Positions 7,970 through 17,108 of a stretch of DNA of 26,848 bases are shown piece by piece (the stretch's first letter is position 1; each line of letters begins with the position of its first letter). Origin of the DNA: an uncultured Bdellovibrio sp. (GTDB lineage Bacteria > Bdellovibrionota > Bdellovibrionia > Bdellovibrionales > Bdellovibrionaceae); NCBI GenBank assembly GCA_963932905.1, contig CAWVRN010000038.1:1-26848 (forward strand), read 5' to 3'. The notes under the pieces are model-generated. The model was not told where the DNA came from. It was given only the letters and a program-made list of their open reading frames with translations, and did no database searches. The position numbers were made by a program, and so were the translations under genes.

Positions 7970-9589
7970 TCACGACATAATGTCCAATTTTTTGTCATTT
8001 TGTCTTTCGCTATTTTGTATCGCAAGCGCAAATTGATTTAGAATTTTTAAAAGGTTTTCTCGCGTCACTGGTTTGGTTAAATAAGCAGAGAACTCTTTAT
8101 CTGGAGTTTGATTTAAATCGGACGAAATTGCATTAGCCGTCAGCGCAATTATGGGTTTGGTAAAGCCCATACGTCGCAGGCGTCGAGTGGCCTCGTTGCC
8201 ATCTAATTTTGGCATTTGTATGTCCATAAGAATGATGTCATAAATTTCATTTGTTGCTTTCTGAACGCCGTCTTCGCCATCCCATGCGGTTTCTAGCTCG
8301 AAACCTGAATCTTTTAGGAAGTAGTTTATAATTTTTTGATTATCAAAAGAATCTTCAACTAAAAGAACCTTCAAGTTTCTATTTAGTTTATTACACCCGG
8401 GTTTCTGAGTTACTGGAGTTGGATTTTCGGGACTTGGGTAGTCCGTTAGTGCATAGGGCAGAGAGATTCTAAATGTGCTTCCTTTATCAACTTGGCTTTT
8501 TAATAGCACGACATCACCTTTAAGTTTTTGAGCCAGCTTTTTAGATAGATCCAATCCTAAACCAGTCCCCCCGTGCTTTCTAGATAGACTGACATCACCT
8601 TGTTCGAAGGGGTGAAATAGTTTTTCCTGATTTGAAAGAGTTATTCCAGGACCCGTGTCTTCAACGTCAATGATGAAAAAAGGAACATCATTAACGTTTT
8701 TTTTCAAACATAAGATTTTTATTGAACCTCGTTCCGTAAACTTAATGGCATTACCTAAAATATTGTTTACGATTTGTCGGACTCTAAGTGGATCAGATTT
8801 AAGAAACTGCGGAATTCCTGTGTCATACTCTAATGAAACTGAAACTGGCTTCGAAAGATACTTAGAACGTAGATCTTGGACTATCTCAGATAGCAATTTT
8901 CGCCAGTCGAAAAAGTCTTCCACAATTTGAATATGATCTGCTTCAATTTTAGATAAGTCTAAAATATCGTTAATCAGTTGAAGTGCACTTTCCCCATTTC
9001 TCTTAATAAATTTCAAAAAATCTTTTATTTCGGTTGGTTCATTGGATTCAAGTGCTAAATCAGTAAAGCCTAATATAGCGCTGAGTGGAGTGCGTATTTC
9101 ATGGCTCATATTAGCCAGAAACGCACTTTTAGCGCGACTAGAAGATTCCATTGCACGTTTTTCAGATTTTAGTTTTTGATTCTCTTCAATTTTCTCCTGA
9201 TCTATAGCACGCTTAATGCAATAACGAATAGAGCGTTCTAAAAGTTGAGGGGTAATTTGATCCTTGGATAAAAAATCAGAAGCGCCTTTGTTCATGGCGA
9301 TCACGTCGACATCGCGGTTTCCCTGACCTGTTAGCAAAATGATGCATTTTTTAACGTCATATTTTTTTATTTCATCTAAAATATCTAAGCCCGTTCTATA
9401 ATCAATGCGATAATCCACAAGATATACATCAGCCGACTGATTTTTTAAGGATTCAATTCCCGAGGTTGAATCACTGACCCAGCTTAAATTGTATTTTGTT
9501 CCTTTAACTTCATTCAAGAGCGATTGAATTAAAAAATAGTCATCTTGATCATCGTCAACTAAAACGACATTTATAGTATTATCGTTCAT
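7970..9589 (-). CDS. Hybrid histidine kinase (REC-HisKA-HATPase-REC)
   Basis: N-terminal REC (VVLVDDD..LVDY), H-box FLANMSHEIRTPL, NAIKFT, DTGPG, GTGLGL, C-terminal REC (LMDIQMP). Confidence 0.95.
   Translation of the reverse strand: MNDNTINVVLVDDDQDDYFLIQSLLNEVKGTKYNLSWVSDSTSGIESLKNQSADVYLVDYRIDYRTGLDILDEIKKYDVKKCIILLTGQGNRDVDVIAMNKGASDFLSKDQITPQLLERSIRYCIKRAIDQEKIEENQKLKSEKRAMESSSRAKSAFLANMSHEIRTPLSAILGFTDLALESNEPTEIKDFLKFIKRNGESALQLINDILDLSKIEADHIQIVEDFFDWRKLLSEIVQDLRSKYLSKPVSVSLEYDTGIPQFLKSDPLRVRQIVNNILGNAIKFTERGSIKILCLKKNVNDVPFFIIDVEDTGPGITLSNQEKLFHPFEQGDVSLSRKHGGTGLGLDLSKKLAQKLKGDVVLLKSQVDKGSTFRISLPYALTDYPSPENPTPVTQKPGCNKLNRNLKVLLVEDSFDNQKIINYFLKDSGFELETAWDGEDGVQKATNEIYDIILMDIQMPKLDGNEATRRLRRMGFTKPIIALTANAISSDLNQTPDKEFSAYLTKPVTRENLLKILNQFALAIQNSERQNDKKLDIMS
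7974..8004. promoter_or_regulatory. Paired activator sites (GACA-N3-TGTC type)
   Basis: GACATAATGTC 7974-7984 and GTCATTTTGTC 7994-8004, 20 bp apart, inside the 3' end of the hybrid kinase CDS. Confidence 0.65.
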
Positions 9590-9622
9590 TCATACCTTAC
9601 CTGTATTTTACAAATCGAAAGT

Positions 9623-9637
9623 GCAGACGAAAGGCCA
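9623..9637 (-). promoter_or_regulatory. sigma54 promoter for the hybrid kinase
   Basis: Minus TGGCCT-TTCGT-CTGC, correct spacing. Confidence 0.65.
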
Positions 9638-9677
9638 CAGCCAAATCAAAAAAAATACTAGCAGACGAGCAAGCCGA

Positions 9678-9726
9678 GACGCTTTGGCTATAGGAAATGA
9701 CAAAGTGGCAAATGGGTCATCTTGTC
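9678..9726. promoter_or_regulatory. Activator site cluster (GACA-N3-TGTC type)
   Basis: GACGCTTTGGC 9678-9688, GACAAAGTGGC 9699-9709 (21 bp apart), GTCATCTTGTC 9716-9726. Confidence 0.55.
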
Positions 9727-9762
9727 ATAAATTTTATTTAATATCATTTTTTATCGAAATAC

Positions 9763-10878
9763 TTAATTTAACAATGGCAGACGGATCACAAATTCTGATC
9801 CCTCGCCTAATTTACTAGTGGCAGAAATGTGTCCACCCCATGATTCCACAATTTTAAATGAAGTCGCCAAACCAAGGCCTGTGCCTTGGCCTATTTCTTT
9901 GGTAGTGAAAAATGGTTTGAATAAATTTCTTTGATTTTCATCAGAGATTCCACAACCTGTGTCCTTTACAGATAGTACGACTTCATCATTTTTTAATTCT
10001 GTTCTGATGATCACGTCGTGAGGCCGTGTCATTCCCTGTTTACGAGATTCATCAATAGCGTGAATAGCGTTGATGAGTATGTTTAGCAGTACTTGCCCGA
10101 GTGGGCCGGCTTCTGCCTTTACCATATTTGCGGCCGACAATTTTTTAATCAAATTGATATTGTTTCGCTCTAGTTCATGTTCGATCAAATTTAGAACGTC
10201 TTGAATAACTTGATTTATATCGACTGAGGCACCGGTCTCTGATTTCTGTTCACGCGCTAAATGCAGTAGGGAATTTACTAGTTTAGTAATACGATCAATT
10301 TGTGTTACAATTGTAGCTAGATCCTTTTTTAAAGCTTCATTACTTCCGGCTTTAGATTCAGCCAATTCAGCTCGACTTCGAATAATTCCCATCGGAGTAC
10401 CAATTTCGTGTGCTAGGCTAGATGCAAGAAGTCCCAGGGATGCCAATCTATCTTGTTGAATAATTTGCGCCTTACTTTCGCGCAATTCTTCCATGTCGTG
10501 CCGTTGCTTGATGGCATAGCGAATGGATCTTTCCAAAAGAGGACTTGTCAGTTGTCCTTTGACCAAATAATCGGATGCCCCGACGTGCATGGCTTTAATA
10601 TCTAGTTCAAAATCAATAAGGCCTGTCAGAAAAATGATGGGGCAGGAAAACATTTTGCCACGTGATTCACTTAATAATTCCAGACCGGTTTTCTCGCCCA
10701 GTCTATAATCTAATAGGCACGCATCGAACGTCTGTTCGTTCAGTGCAATTCGACCATCATTGTAATTTGATTTCCAGGTGACTTTGTATTTTGATGACAT
10801 CACATCATTTAATAAATCGCGGATATGCAAAAAATCGTCTTCGTCATCATCGATCAATAAGATGTGGAACTCTGTCAT
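9763..10878 (-). CDS. REC-histidine kinase (NtrB/AtoS-like transmitter)
   Basis: REC (ILLIDDD..LLDYRL), H-box LASLGLLASSLAHEIGTP, NAIHA, DTGCG, PFFTTK, GTGLGL. Confidence 0.95.
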   Translation of the reverse strand: MTEFHILLIDDDEDDFLHIRDLLNDVMSSKYKVTWKSNYNDGRIALNEQTFDACLLDYRLGEKTGLELLSESRGKMFSCPIIFLTGLIDFELDIKAMHVGASDYLVKGQLTSPLLERSIRYAIKQRHDMEELRESKAQIIQQDRLASLGLLASSLAHEIGTPMGIIRSRAELAESKAGSNEALKKDLATIVTQIDRITKLVNSLLHLAREQKSETGASVDINQVIQDVLNLIEHELERNNINLIKKLSAANMVKAEAGPLGQVLLNILINAIHAIDESRKQGMTRPHDVIIRTELKNDEVVLSVKDTGCGISDENQRNLFKPFFTTKEIGQGTGLGLATSFKIVESWGGHISATSKLGEGSEFVIRLPLLN

Positions 10879-11339
10879 TTTGTAACCTTTTTGGCACAGT
10901 TGGGAAGGGCTACTATTTCAAACCAGTACCGGCCAACATCACGCATGACTTGCACTAGCGATTCAAATTCAATGGGTTTGGTGATAAAAGAATTGGCGCC
11001 CAGGTTGTAGGATCGTACGATGTCTTCTTCAGCCTGTGACGTGGTCAATACAATCACTGGAATTTGATATAGATGAGGATGTTTTTTCAATTCAGTTAGT
11101 ACTTCGCGACCATCCATTTTTGGCATATTCAAATCTAGCAAGATCAAACCGGGCATTAGATTTTGACCGTCTTGTGACTGAGCCCATTTATCATGAAGAG
11201 TTTTTATTAGCGCTTCTCCATCATGAACAAACTGAAGTTCGTTCAACAATCGACTTTCCGTTAATGCTTCACGAATCATTTCGCAATCATCTAAATCGTC
11301 ATCGGCCACTAGGATTGGTATTGTATTATGGTCTCTCAT
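10875..11339 (-). CDS. Single-domain response regulator (Rcp1-like)
   Basis: ILVADDD, LILLDLNMPKMDGREVL, IPVIVLTTS, GANSFITKP; 4-nt overlaps with both neighbours. Confidence 0.95.
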   Translation of the reverse strand: MRDHNTIPILVADDDLDDCEMIREALTESRLLNELQFVHDGEALIKTLHDKWAQSQDGQNLMPGLILLDLNMPKMDGREVLTELKKHPHLYQIPVIVLTTSQAEEDIVRSYNLGANSFITKPIEFESLVQVMRDVGRYWFEIVALPNCAKKVTK

Positions 11340-12484
11340 ACCGGGATCTCCGTCGTTTGGGTTAGTGGAAGCAAAATAGAAAACGTGGCTCCTTGGTCAG
11401 GTTCTGATTTTGCCGTTATTATTCCACCATGACGGTCAACAATTTTACGGCAAACCGCTAGACCGATACCGGTTCCTTCGTATTCATGCCGTCCGTGAAG
11501 GCGTTGAAAAATTGTAAATATACGATCGACATATTTTTGATCAAATCCAATTCCGTTATCGGTTACGGTAATCAGGCACGCTTTCCCTGGTTTATTCAGC
11601 GTAGATGATTCTAAAATAGAGGCCGAGACCGTGACTTCGGGTTTGACATTTGGTTTATGAAATTTCAAAGCGTTGCTTATCAAATTTTGGAATAACTGAT
11701 GCATTTGAGTTGGATCGGCTTCGATGTTAGGTAAATCAGCTATTTGTACAGAACCGGAGGTTTGTTCTATGCGAACTTCTAGATCAGATTTAACTTGGTT
11801 TAAAATTTTATTTAAAGAAACGACTGAAAAAGGATTAGCTTTTGTCGTTACCCGTGAATAAGTGAGTAGGTCATTAATTAAAATCTGCATACGCTTAGCC
11901 GATGCCTGAACTCGTTCTAAATAGTCGAACGCTTCACTGGAAATAGTGTCCTTAGACTTAACCTTAACACGATCGGAAAATGTTTGTATTTTTCTAAGAG
12001 GCTCTTGTAGATCATGTGCCGCTATAGACGCGAAATCTTGTAATTCCTGATTGCTGATCTCAAGTTTTTTCGAATAGATTTTTAGGCGTTCTTCCGCCAA
12101 TTTACGTTCTGTGATTTCGTAACGGACGGATACATACTGTTCGGGTTTGCCTTCGTTATCCATAAATGGCACGATGGTCGTATTAACCCAATAGTAGGTG
12201 CCGTCTTTAGCTCGGTTCTTGATTTCGCCTTCCCAAGTTTTACCTTGGGAAATAGTTTTCCACATATCAATAAAAAATTCTTTAGGGTGATGATGGGAAT
12301 TGATAATTCTGTGCGTGTTTCCTAAAAGTTCTTCTTCTGAATATTTGGAAATAGCGCAGAACTTTTTATTAACGTACGAAATTTTTCCGCTTTTGTCGGT
12401 GATGGCAACGATGGCTGCTTCGTCAATTGCAGATTTTAAATGTAGGAAGTCTTCGCTGGATAGACCCTCAGTTGTTTTTTTCAT
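11336..12484 (-). CDS. Cytoplasmic PAS-domain sensor histidine kinase
   Basis: Likely start ATG 12484 (MKKTTEG); PAS with YVN..F, HHPKEFFIDMWKTISQGKTWEGEIKNRAKDGTYYWV; H-box AAHDLQEPLRKI; no TM segment. Confidence 0.93.
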   Translation of the reverse strand: MKKTTEGLSSEDFLHLKSAIDEAAIVAITDKSGKISYVNKKFCAISKYSEEELLGNTHRIINSHHHPKEFFIDMWKTISQGKTWEGEIKNRAKDGTYYWVNTTIVPFMDNEGKPEQYVSVRYEITERKLAEERLKIYSKKLEISNQELQDFASIAAHDLQEPLRKIQTFSDRVKVKSKDTISSEAFDYLERVQASAKRMQILINDLLTYSRVTTKANPFSVVSLNKILNQVKSDLEVRIEQTSGSVQIADLPNIEADPTQMHQLFQNLISNALKFHKPNVKPEVTVSASILESSTLNKPGKACLITVTDNGIGFDQKYVDRIFTIFQRLHGRHEYEGTGIGLAVCRKIVDRHGGIITAKSEPDQGATFSILLPLTQTTEIPV

Positions 12485-13871
12485 GTAATTCTTCCGGTGG
12501 TTCAGGGGTATCATCAGACACCATTCCATAAATACGTTCTTTTCTGTATAAAGTTCTGCGACTGATACCCAGAATTCGCGCCGCTTCGTCTTTTTTATTT
12601 TTGGCTTCACCCATGATCAGTTTGATATAACGTTCTTCCAGTTTTTCCAGAGTCGGCCGGTCAGAATGAAGTTGATCAATATTTTGCTGAGCTTCCTCTA
12701 GAGCACTACCAAGAATGACATTTTTTTCTATTAGTTTCCCAGTACTTAAAACAATTGCGCGTTCGATTACGTTTTCAAGCTCGCGAACATTTCCCGGCCA
12801 TGGGTGGGCCATCAAGACACTCATGGCTTCAGGTGTAGCGCCTTCAACGGTAGATCCATTTCTAATCGCAAATTTTTTGATAAAAGAGTCGACCAACATA
12901 GGAATATCTTCCAGCCGTTCACGCAGCGGTGGAACACGTATAGGTACGACATTTAATCGGTAAAATAAGTCTTCGCGGAACTTGCCGTCTTTCGCCATGA
13001 TTTTTAAATCCCGATGAGTCGCAGCGATAATGCGAACGTCAATGTCTTTATGAGTATTACTGCCAACGGCCCGTATTTGACGATCCTGTAGAACGCGCAG
13101 TAGTTTAGCTTGCAGTTGCAGACTCATGTCACCAATTTCATCTAGAAACAAAGTGCCGTGATTAGCTTCTTCAAACAGCCCTTTTTTATCGGATACGGCA
13201 CCTGTGAACGAGCCTTTCACATGACCAAATAATTCACTTTCTAATAAATGTTCCGGAATGGCCGTGCAGTTAATTGCAATAAACGGTTTATTTTTTCTGG
13301 GGCTGGCGTTGTGTAAAGCACGAGCCACCAATTCTTTTCCAGATCCACTTTCACCGGAAATCAAAACGCTTGCGGACGCAGGTGCCACAACTTTAACGAG
13401 TTCAAAAACAGAATTGATGGCAGGACTTTTTCCAACAATAGAATCAAGAGTAAAACTTTTAGTGAGTTCCTTTTTTAAACTCGCGTTTTCTTGTTTAAGA
13501 GAAACCCGCTCGCTGGCCCGTTTGACCAGAAGTTTCATTTCTTCGTTTTTGAATGGTTTTACAATATAATGATAGGCGCCCAGTTTCATGGCCTCGATTG
13601 CAGTTTCGATGGACCCAAACGCGGTCATCATAATTGAAACAATAGATGGATAATCGGTTTGAACCTTTTTAAGAAACATCAGGCCATCGATTTCTTTCAT
13701 TTTGTGATCGGTAATTAAAATGTGGGGAAGGTCGGTTTTGAATTTAAATAAGGCTTCCGCTGCCGACGTATACTGTGTGGTAATGTATCCTTCAGCTGAA
13801 AGAAGTTCCGCTACGACTCCGCCCATTTCTTTGTCGTCGTCAACAATTGCTACTTTTATCTTGTTTGCCAT
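12468..13871 (-). CDS. sigma54-dependent enhancer-binding response regulator (NtrC/AtoC family, REC-AAA+-Fis HTH)
   Basis: REC, Walker A GESGSGKE, ESELFGH..GSFTGA, LFLDEIG, WPGNVRELEN, HTH AARILGISRRTLYRK. Confidence 0.97.
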   Translation of the reverse strand: MANKIKVAIVDDDKEMGGVVAELLSAEGYITTQYTSAAEALFKFKTDLPHILITDHKMKEIDGLMFLKKVQTDYPSIVSIMMTAFGSIETAIEAMKLGAYHYIVKPFKNEEMKLLVKRASERVSLKQENASLKKELTKSFTLDSIVGKSPAINSVFELVKVVAPASASVLISGESGSGKELVARALHNASPRKNKPFIAINCTAIPEHLLESELFGHVKGSFTGAVSDKKGLFEEANHGTLFLDEIGDMSLQLQAKLLRVLQDRQIRAVGSNTHKDIDVRIIAATHRDLKIMAKDGKFREDLFYRLNVVPIRVPPLRERLEDIPMLVDSFIKKFAIRNGSTVEGATPEAMSVLMAHPWPGNVRELENVIERAIVLSTGKLIEKNVILGSALEEAQQNIDQLHSDRPTLEKLEERYIKLIMGEAKNKKDEAARILGISRRTLYRKERIYGMVSDDTPEPPEELHEKNN

Positions 13872-13908
13872 ATCTTTCCTAATACGTTTGTTTGCTTATG
13901 TTAGCCCA

Positions 13909-13923
13909 TCAACCTAAATGCCA
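13909..13923 (-). promoter_or_regulatory. sigma54-like promoter (TTGA variant) for the regulator operon
   Basis: Minus TGGCAT-TTAGG-TTGA, 38 nt upstream of ATG 13871. Confidence 0.5.
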
Positions 13924-14029
13924 AAAAGCCTGACCAACGACATTTTGGGAACCCAAGTATAAATGCTTAATTTTATAAGCAAAAATAGATCGCGTGTTTA
14001 GGATAGGTGTAATCTGAAATGCACCTAGT

Positions 14030-14071
14030 GACAACTTGTCTGCTATTTTAAGCGAACGATGACAAGTTGTC
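14030..14071. promoter_or_regulatory. Paired perfect activator palindromes
   Basis: GACAACTTGTC 14030-14040 and GACAAGTTGTC 14061-14071, 31 bp apart, between divergent genes. Confidence 0.75.
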
Positions 14072-14113
14072 ACAAAACTATCCGTAATAGAGCTTTATAT
14101 TCTTTTTCGCCGT

Positions 14114-14128
14114 TGGCGAGGCTCTTGC
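14114..14128 (+). promoter_or_regulatory. sigma54 promoter
   Basis: TGGCGA-GGCTC-TTGC. Confidence 0.7.
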
Positions 14129-14179
14129 GAAGATATCTTAACAAAGTACCCAAGTTCGTGGGTCAATACGGAGAATAAT

Positions 14180-14587
14180 TTGAAACCCTCACCGCACATT
14201 CAAAAGTATATGACTTTTCTGCCTAAAACTATCAACCACGATCAAACCATCGGTCATGCCATAAGTTTAATGAAAAAACTCCATATTCGGCATCTTCCCG
14301 TAATGAAAAATAATAAACTCATGGGCATCTTAACAGATCGAGATATCAGTTTAGTATTGCGGTTCATAGCGTCTAACCCAGACAAAATTCGCGTGGAAGA
14401 TGCCTGTTCGCCGCATCCCTATACTACCAGCCCAGGTACTCCGTTAGCAGACGTCGTGAGTTATATGGCTGAACATACCATTGGATCGGCCATCATCGTT
14501 GATAATGGAACCCTCGTGGGAATTTTCACCGAAGTCGATGCATTTCGTGCCATCGCTGACTTACTGGAAACCAGACTTAAAGCATAA
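14180..14587 (+). CDS. CBS-pair (Bateman) protein
   Basis: IRHLPV..GILTDRDI and GSAIIVDNGTLVGIFTEVD; TTG start after GGAG. Confidence 0.92.
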   Translation: MKPSPHIQKYMTFLPKTINHDQTIGHAISLMKKLHIRHLPVMKNNKLMGILTDRDISLVLRFIASNPDKIRVEDACSPHPYTTSPGTPLADVVSYMAEHTIGSAIIVDNGTLVGIFTEVDAFRAIADLLETRLKA

Positions 14588-14604
14588 ACAAAATGGGAGG
14601 TAGC

Positions 14605-15030
14605 ATGAAACTTGTAGATCGAATTAGTCACGTGTTGATGGATAGTTTAATTGTAACGTCTATTGCCTTTATCGCTGTTTCTTCAATGGCCTTTTCAGGG
14701 AAGCAATCAGAGTCTATACCATTTCAAGAGTTTCAAGATGATATGCGCAAGGAAGGTCAGTTCCTAACGGTACATTTGTCGTTGGGAAATCCAATCCGAG
14801 TCTTTATTGTTGGTAAGGAAGAAGCAAAAATCGACGTATCTAAATTAGATATCACCATAAGACGCTTAAACCCCTATCCTGGGAAACTTCTAAAGTTAGA
14901 TAGGTACGATAATTACGTTGTAGTAAATGATCTTGGTGAAATGCAGAAGGACGCGGAACTTGAAATCAAATTAAAATCTAACGACAAGACTGAAAATTTT
15001 AAATTTAAGTTAAAACAAAAAGTCCCTTAA
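14605..15030 (+). CDS. Hypothetical exported or membrane-anchored protein
   Basis: ATG 14605 after GGAGG; N-terminal hydrophobic stretch, beta-rich remainder; lies within the operon. Confidence 0.7.
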   Translation: MKLVDRISHVLMDSLIVTSIAFIAVSSMAFSGKQSESIPFQEFQDDMRKEGQFLTVHLSLGNPIRVFIVGKEEAKIDVSKLDITIRRLNPYPGKLLKLDRYDNYVVVNDLGEMQKDAELEIKLKSNDKTENFKFKLKQKVP

Positions 15031-15040
15031 GGAGTACGCT

Positions 15041-16417
15041 TTGGATGGAAAGAAAAAATTAACGATACAATTCTTAGGAGCGGCCAGTACTGTTACAGGA
15101 TCAAAATATTTAATAAGTAATGGCACCAACAATTTATTAATCGACTGTGGATTATTTCAAGGATTAAAATCGTTACGCTTAAAAAATTGGGATGAATTTC
15201 CGATTGACCCATCTAAGATTGATGCCATCTTGCTTACCCATGCGCATTTAGATCACTCCGGCTATATTCCAAGATTAATAAAAAGGGGATTTCGAGGAAA
15301 AATTTTCTCGACGGCGGCAACCAAAGATTTATGTCAAATCTTACTAACCGATGCCGGCTATCTAGCCGAGGAAGAAGCCGAATATCTAAATAAACACAAA
15401 CGCTCCAAGCACAAACCGGCACTCCCCTTATTTACTTTTGAAGATGCGCAGAAGTCGATTGAATATTTTCAAGCCGTAAATTTTAATTTCGAATTCAATC
15501 TAAATGACGAAATTAGCTTTCAATTTAGGTATGCCGGACACATTCTGGGAGCCGCATCGATTATTTTAAGGGTCGGCGATATTAAAATCGGGTTTACGGG
15601 GGACATTGGTCGACCGCAAGATCCGATTTTTTATTCTCCCAGAGAATTGCCCGCAGTGGACTATCTTATCACTGAGTCCACCTATGGAAATAGGAAACAC
15701 GTTGATAGCGACCCAATAAGCGAGCTTGAGAAGTGCATTGTAGAAACCGTAGCACGCGGAGGCAGTGTCATTATACCTTCCTTTGCGGTCGGGCGGGCAC
15801 AAAGTCTGATGTATTATTTATGGAAGTTAAAACTTGAAAATAAAATTCCCAACATTCCGATGTATCTAAATAGCCCGATGGCTACTAATGCGAATGCGGT
15901 GTGGACGCAGTATCACGAGTTACATAGACTGAATGGTCAAGAATGTAAAGATGTGTGCGGAATAGTAAAGTACATTCAGGGCGTAGAGGAATCTAAGGCA
16001 TTAAACGAGCAAACGACACCGATGGTGATTATTTCTGCAAGTGGTATGCTGACGGGTGGACGTATACTACATCATATAAAGCAATTTGGTCCAGACGAGA
16101 AAAATACAATTCTGTTGACCGGGTTTCAAGCGGCGGGCACTCGAGGCGAGGCTCTGCTTAACGGTGCTAAGCAAATTAAAATTCATGGTGAGTATGTGGA
16201 TATTAAAGCAAAAGTTAAAATGCTAGATAATATTTCTGCCCATGCCGACTATTCAGAAATCGTTGAATGGTTTAAGCGTAGTCAAATATCGCCCAAGCGG
16301 GTATTTGTCACCCATGGTGAACCTACGGCTGCGGATGAAATGCGAAAACGATTGAATGAATCCTTAAACTGGAATTGTATCGTTCCGCTTCTGAATGAAT
16401 CCTTCACATTAGAATAA
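15041..16417 (+). CDS. MBL-fold beta-CASP ribonuclease (CPSF73/Ysh1-like family)
   Basis: FLGAA..VTGS, THAHLDHSG, AGHILG, FTGDIG, ESTYG, SAHAD, THGE; TTG start after AAGGAG. Confidence 0.93.
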   Translation: MDGKKKLTIQFLGAASTVTGSKYLISNGTNNLLIDCGLFQGLKSLRLKNWDEFPIDPSKIDAILLTHAHLDHSGYIPRLIKRGFRGKIFSTAATKDLCQILLTDAGYLAEEEAEYLNKHKRSKHKPALPLFTFEDAQKSIEYFQAVNFNFEFNLNDEISFQFRYAGHILGAASIILRVGDIKIGFTGDIGRPQDPIFYSPRELPAVDYLITESTYGNRKHVDSDPISELEKCIVETVARGGSVIIPSFAVGRAQSLMYYLWKLKLENKIPNIPMYLNSPMATNANAVWTQYHELHRLNGQECKDVCGIVKYIQGVEESKALNEQTTPMVIISASGMLTGGRILHHIKQFGPDEKNTILLTGFQAAGTRGEALLNGAKQIKIHGEYVDIKAKVKMLDNISAHADYSEIVEWFKRSQISPKRVFVTHGEPTAADEMRKRLNESLNWNCIVPLLNESFTLE

Positions 16418-16447
16418 AAATGATTTTTATTAGTGTCTCGTTATTGT

Positions 16448-16912
16448 TTATGCCATGCGGGTGTAATCATGTGATGTGTGTCGTTCTTTTGTACCTACTT
16501 GGGTACGACAGAGGTTGCCAAGACGATTAATTTCATTTCCAAGGAGTGCGACAAGGTCGTCCATCGATACAACTCCTTTTATTTTTTCGTCCTGGTCCAA
16601 GACCAAAAGTCGTCGAACTCGATTTTCTTCCATTTTTTTAATCGAGTCTTCTATTAAAGTAGTCTCTGTTACAGTGATAAGAGAAGTATTCATTATTTTT
16701 TCGACTTTTTCTATTCGTGTGTCGATGTCGTTCTTAATGCATTTGATAACGATATCCCTATCTGTAACTATACCTACTGGTTTACCTTCAGAATATCGCT
16801 TAGTAATCACAACCATGCCTACACTTTTTTCGTCCATGATTCGTGCGACATCTTGAATTGTCGTATCCTCGAAAACAGTGACGACGTCGCTGCCTAAAAA
16901 TTTTTTAATCAT
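16448..16912 (-). CDS. CBS-pair protein
   Basis: GIVTDRDIV, VRRLLV, GVVSMDDL; likely start ATG 16912 after AAGGAAAG. Confidence 0.92.
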   Translation of the reverse strand: MIKKFLGSDVVTVFEDTTIQDVARIMDEKSVGMVVITKRYSEGKPVGIVTDRDIVIKCIKNDIDTRIEKVEKIMNTSLITVTETTLIEDSIKKMEENRVRRLLVLDQDEKIKGVVSMDDLVALLGNEINRLGNLCRTQVGTKERHTSHDYTRMA

Positions 16913-16941
16913 ATACTTTCCTTTGTGCATAGATCAAATAA

Positions 16942-16956
16942 GCACTATTTGTGCCA
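16942..16956 (-). promoter_or_regulatory. sigma54 promoter
   Basis: Minus TGGCAC-AAATA-GTGC. Confidence 0.75.
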
Positions 16957-16996
16957 TTGTCATAGTGGTTGGTGTGGATTGCTATGAGACACGATG

Positions 16997-17028
16997 GACA
17001 AAGCGACAAGGTGGCGTGACAAAATGTC
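16997..17028. promoter_or_regulatory. Paired activator sites shared by divergent sigma54 promoters
   Basis: GACAAAGCGAC 16997-17007 and GACAAAATGTC 17018-17028, 21 bp apart; 41 bp from each flanking promoter. Confidence 0.7.
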
Positions 17029-17068
17029 TCGTAGTTTTGGTTCATTGCGTTTTAATGAGACTTCGTAG

Positions 17069-17083
17069 TGGTCCGGCGGTTGC
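17069..17083 (+). promoter_or_regulatory. sigma54 promoter
   Basis: TGGTCC-GGCGG-TTGC. Confidence 0.7.
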
Positions 17084-17108
17084 TGTTAGGAGAAACATAC
17101 AAAAGGAT

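Noticed and set aside
9661..9676. Second sigma54-like motif upstream of the hybrid kinase
   Set aside because: Spacing is one base too long.
12485..12610. N-terminal extension of the PAS kinase overlapping the activator by 143 nt
   Set aside because: It overlaps the activator's HTH coding region; ATG 12484 gives a normal short overlap.
16878..17108. Long N-terminal extensions in the ORF track (also 21915-21998, 22056-22130, 23906-24016)
   Set aside because: They run through sigma54 promoters and enhancer sites; downstream starts have good SD sequences.
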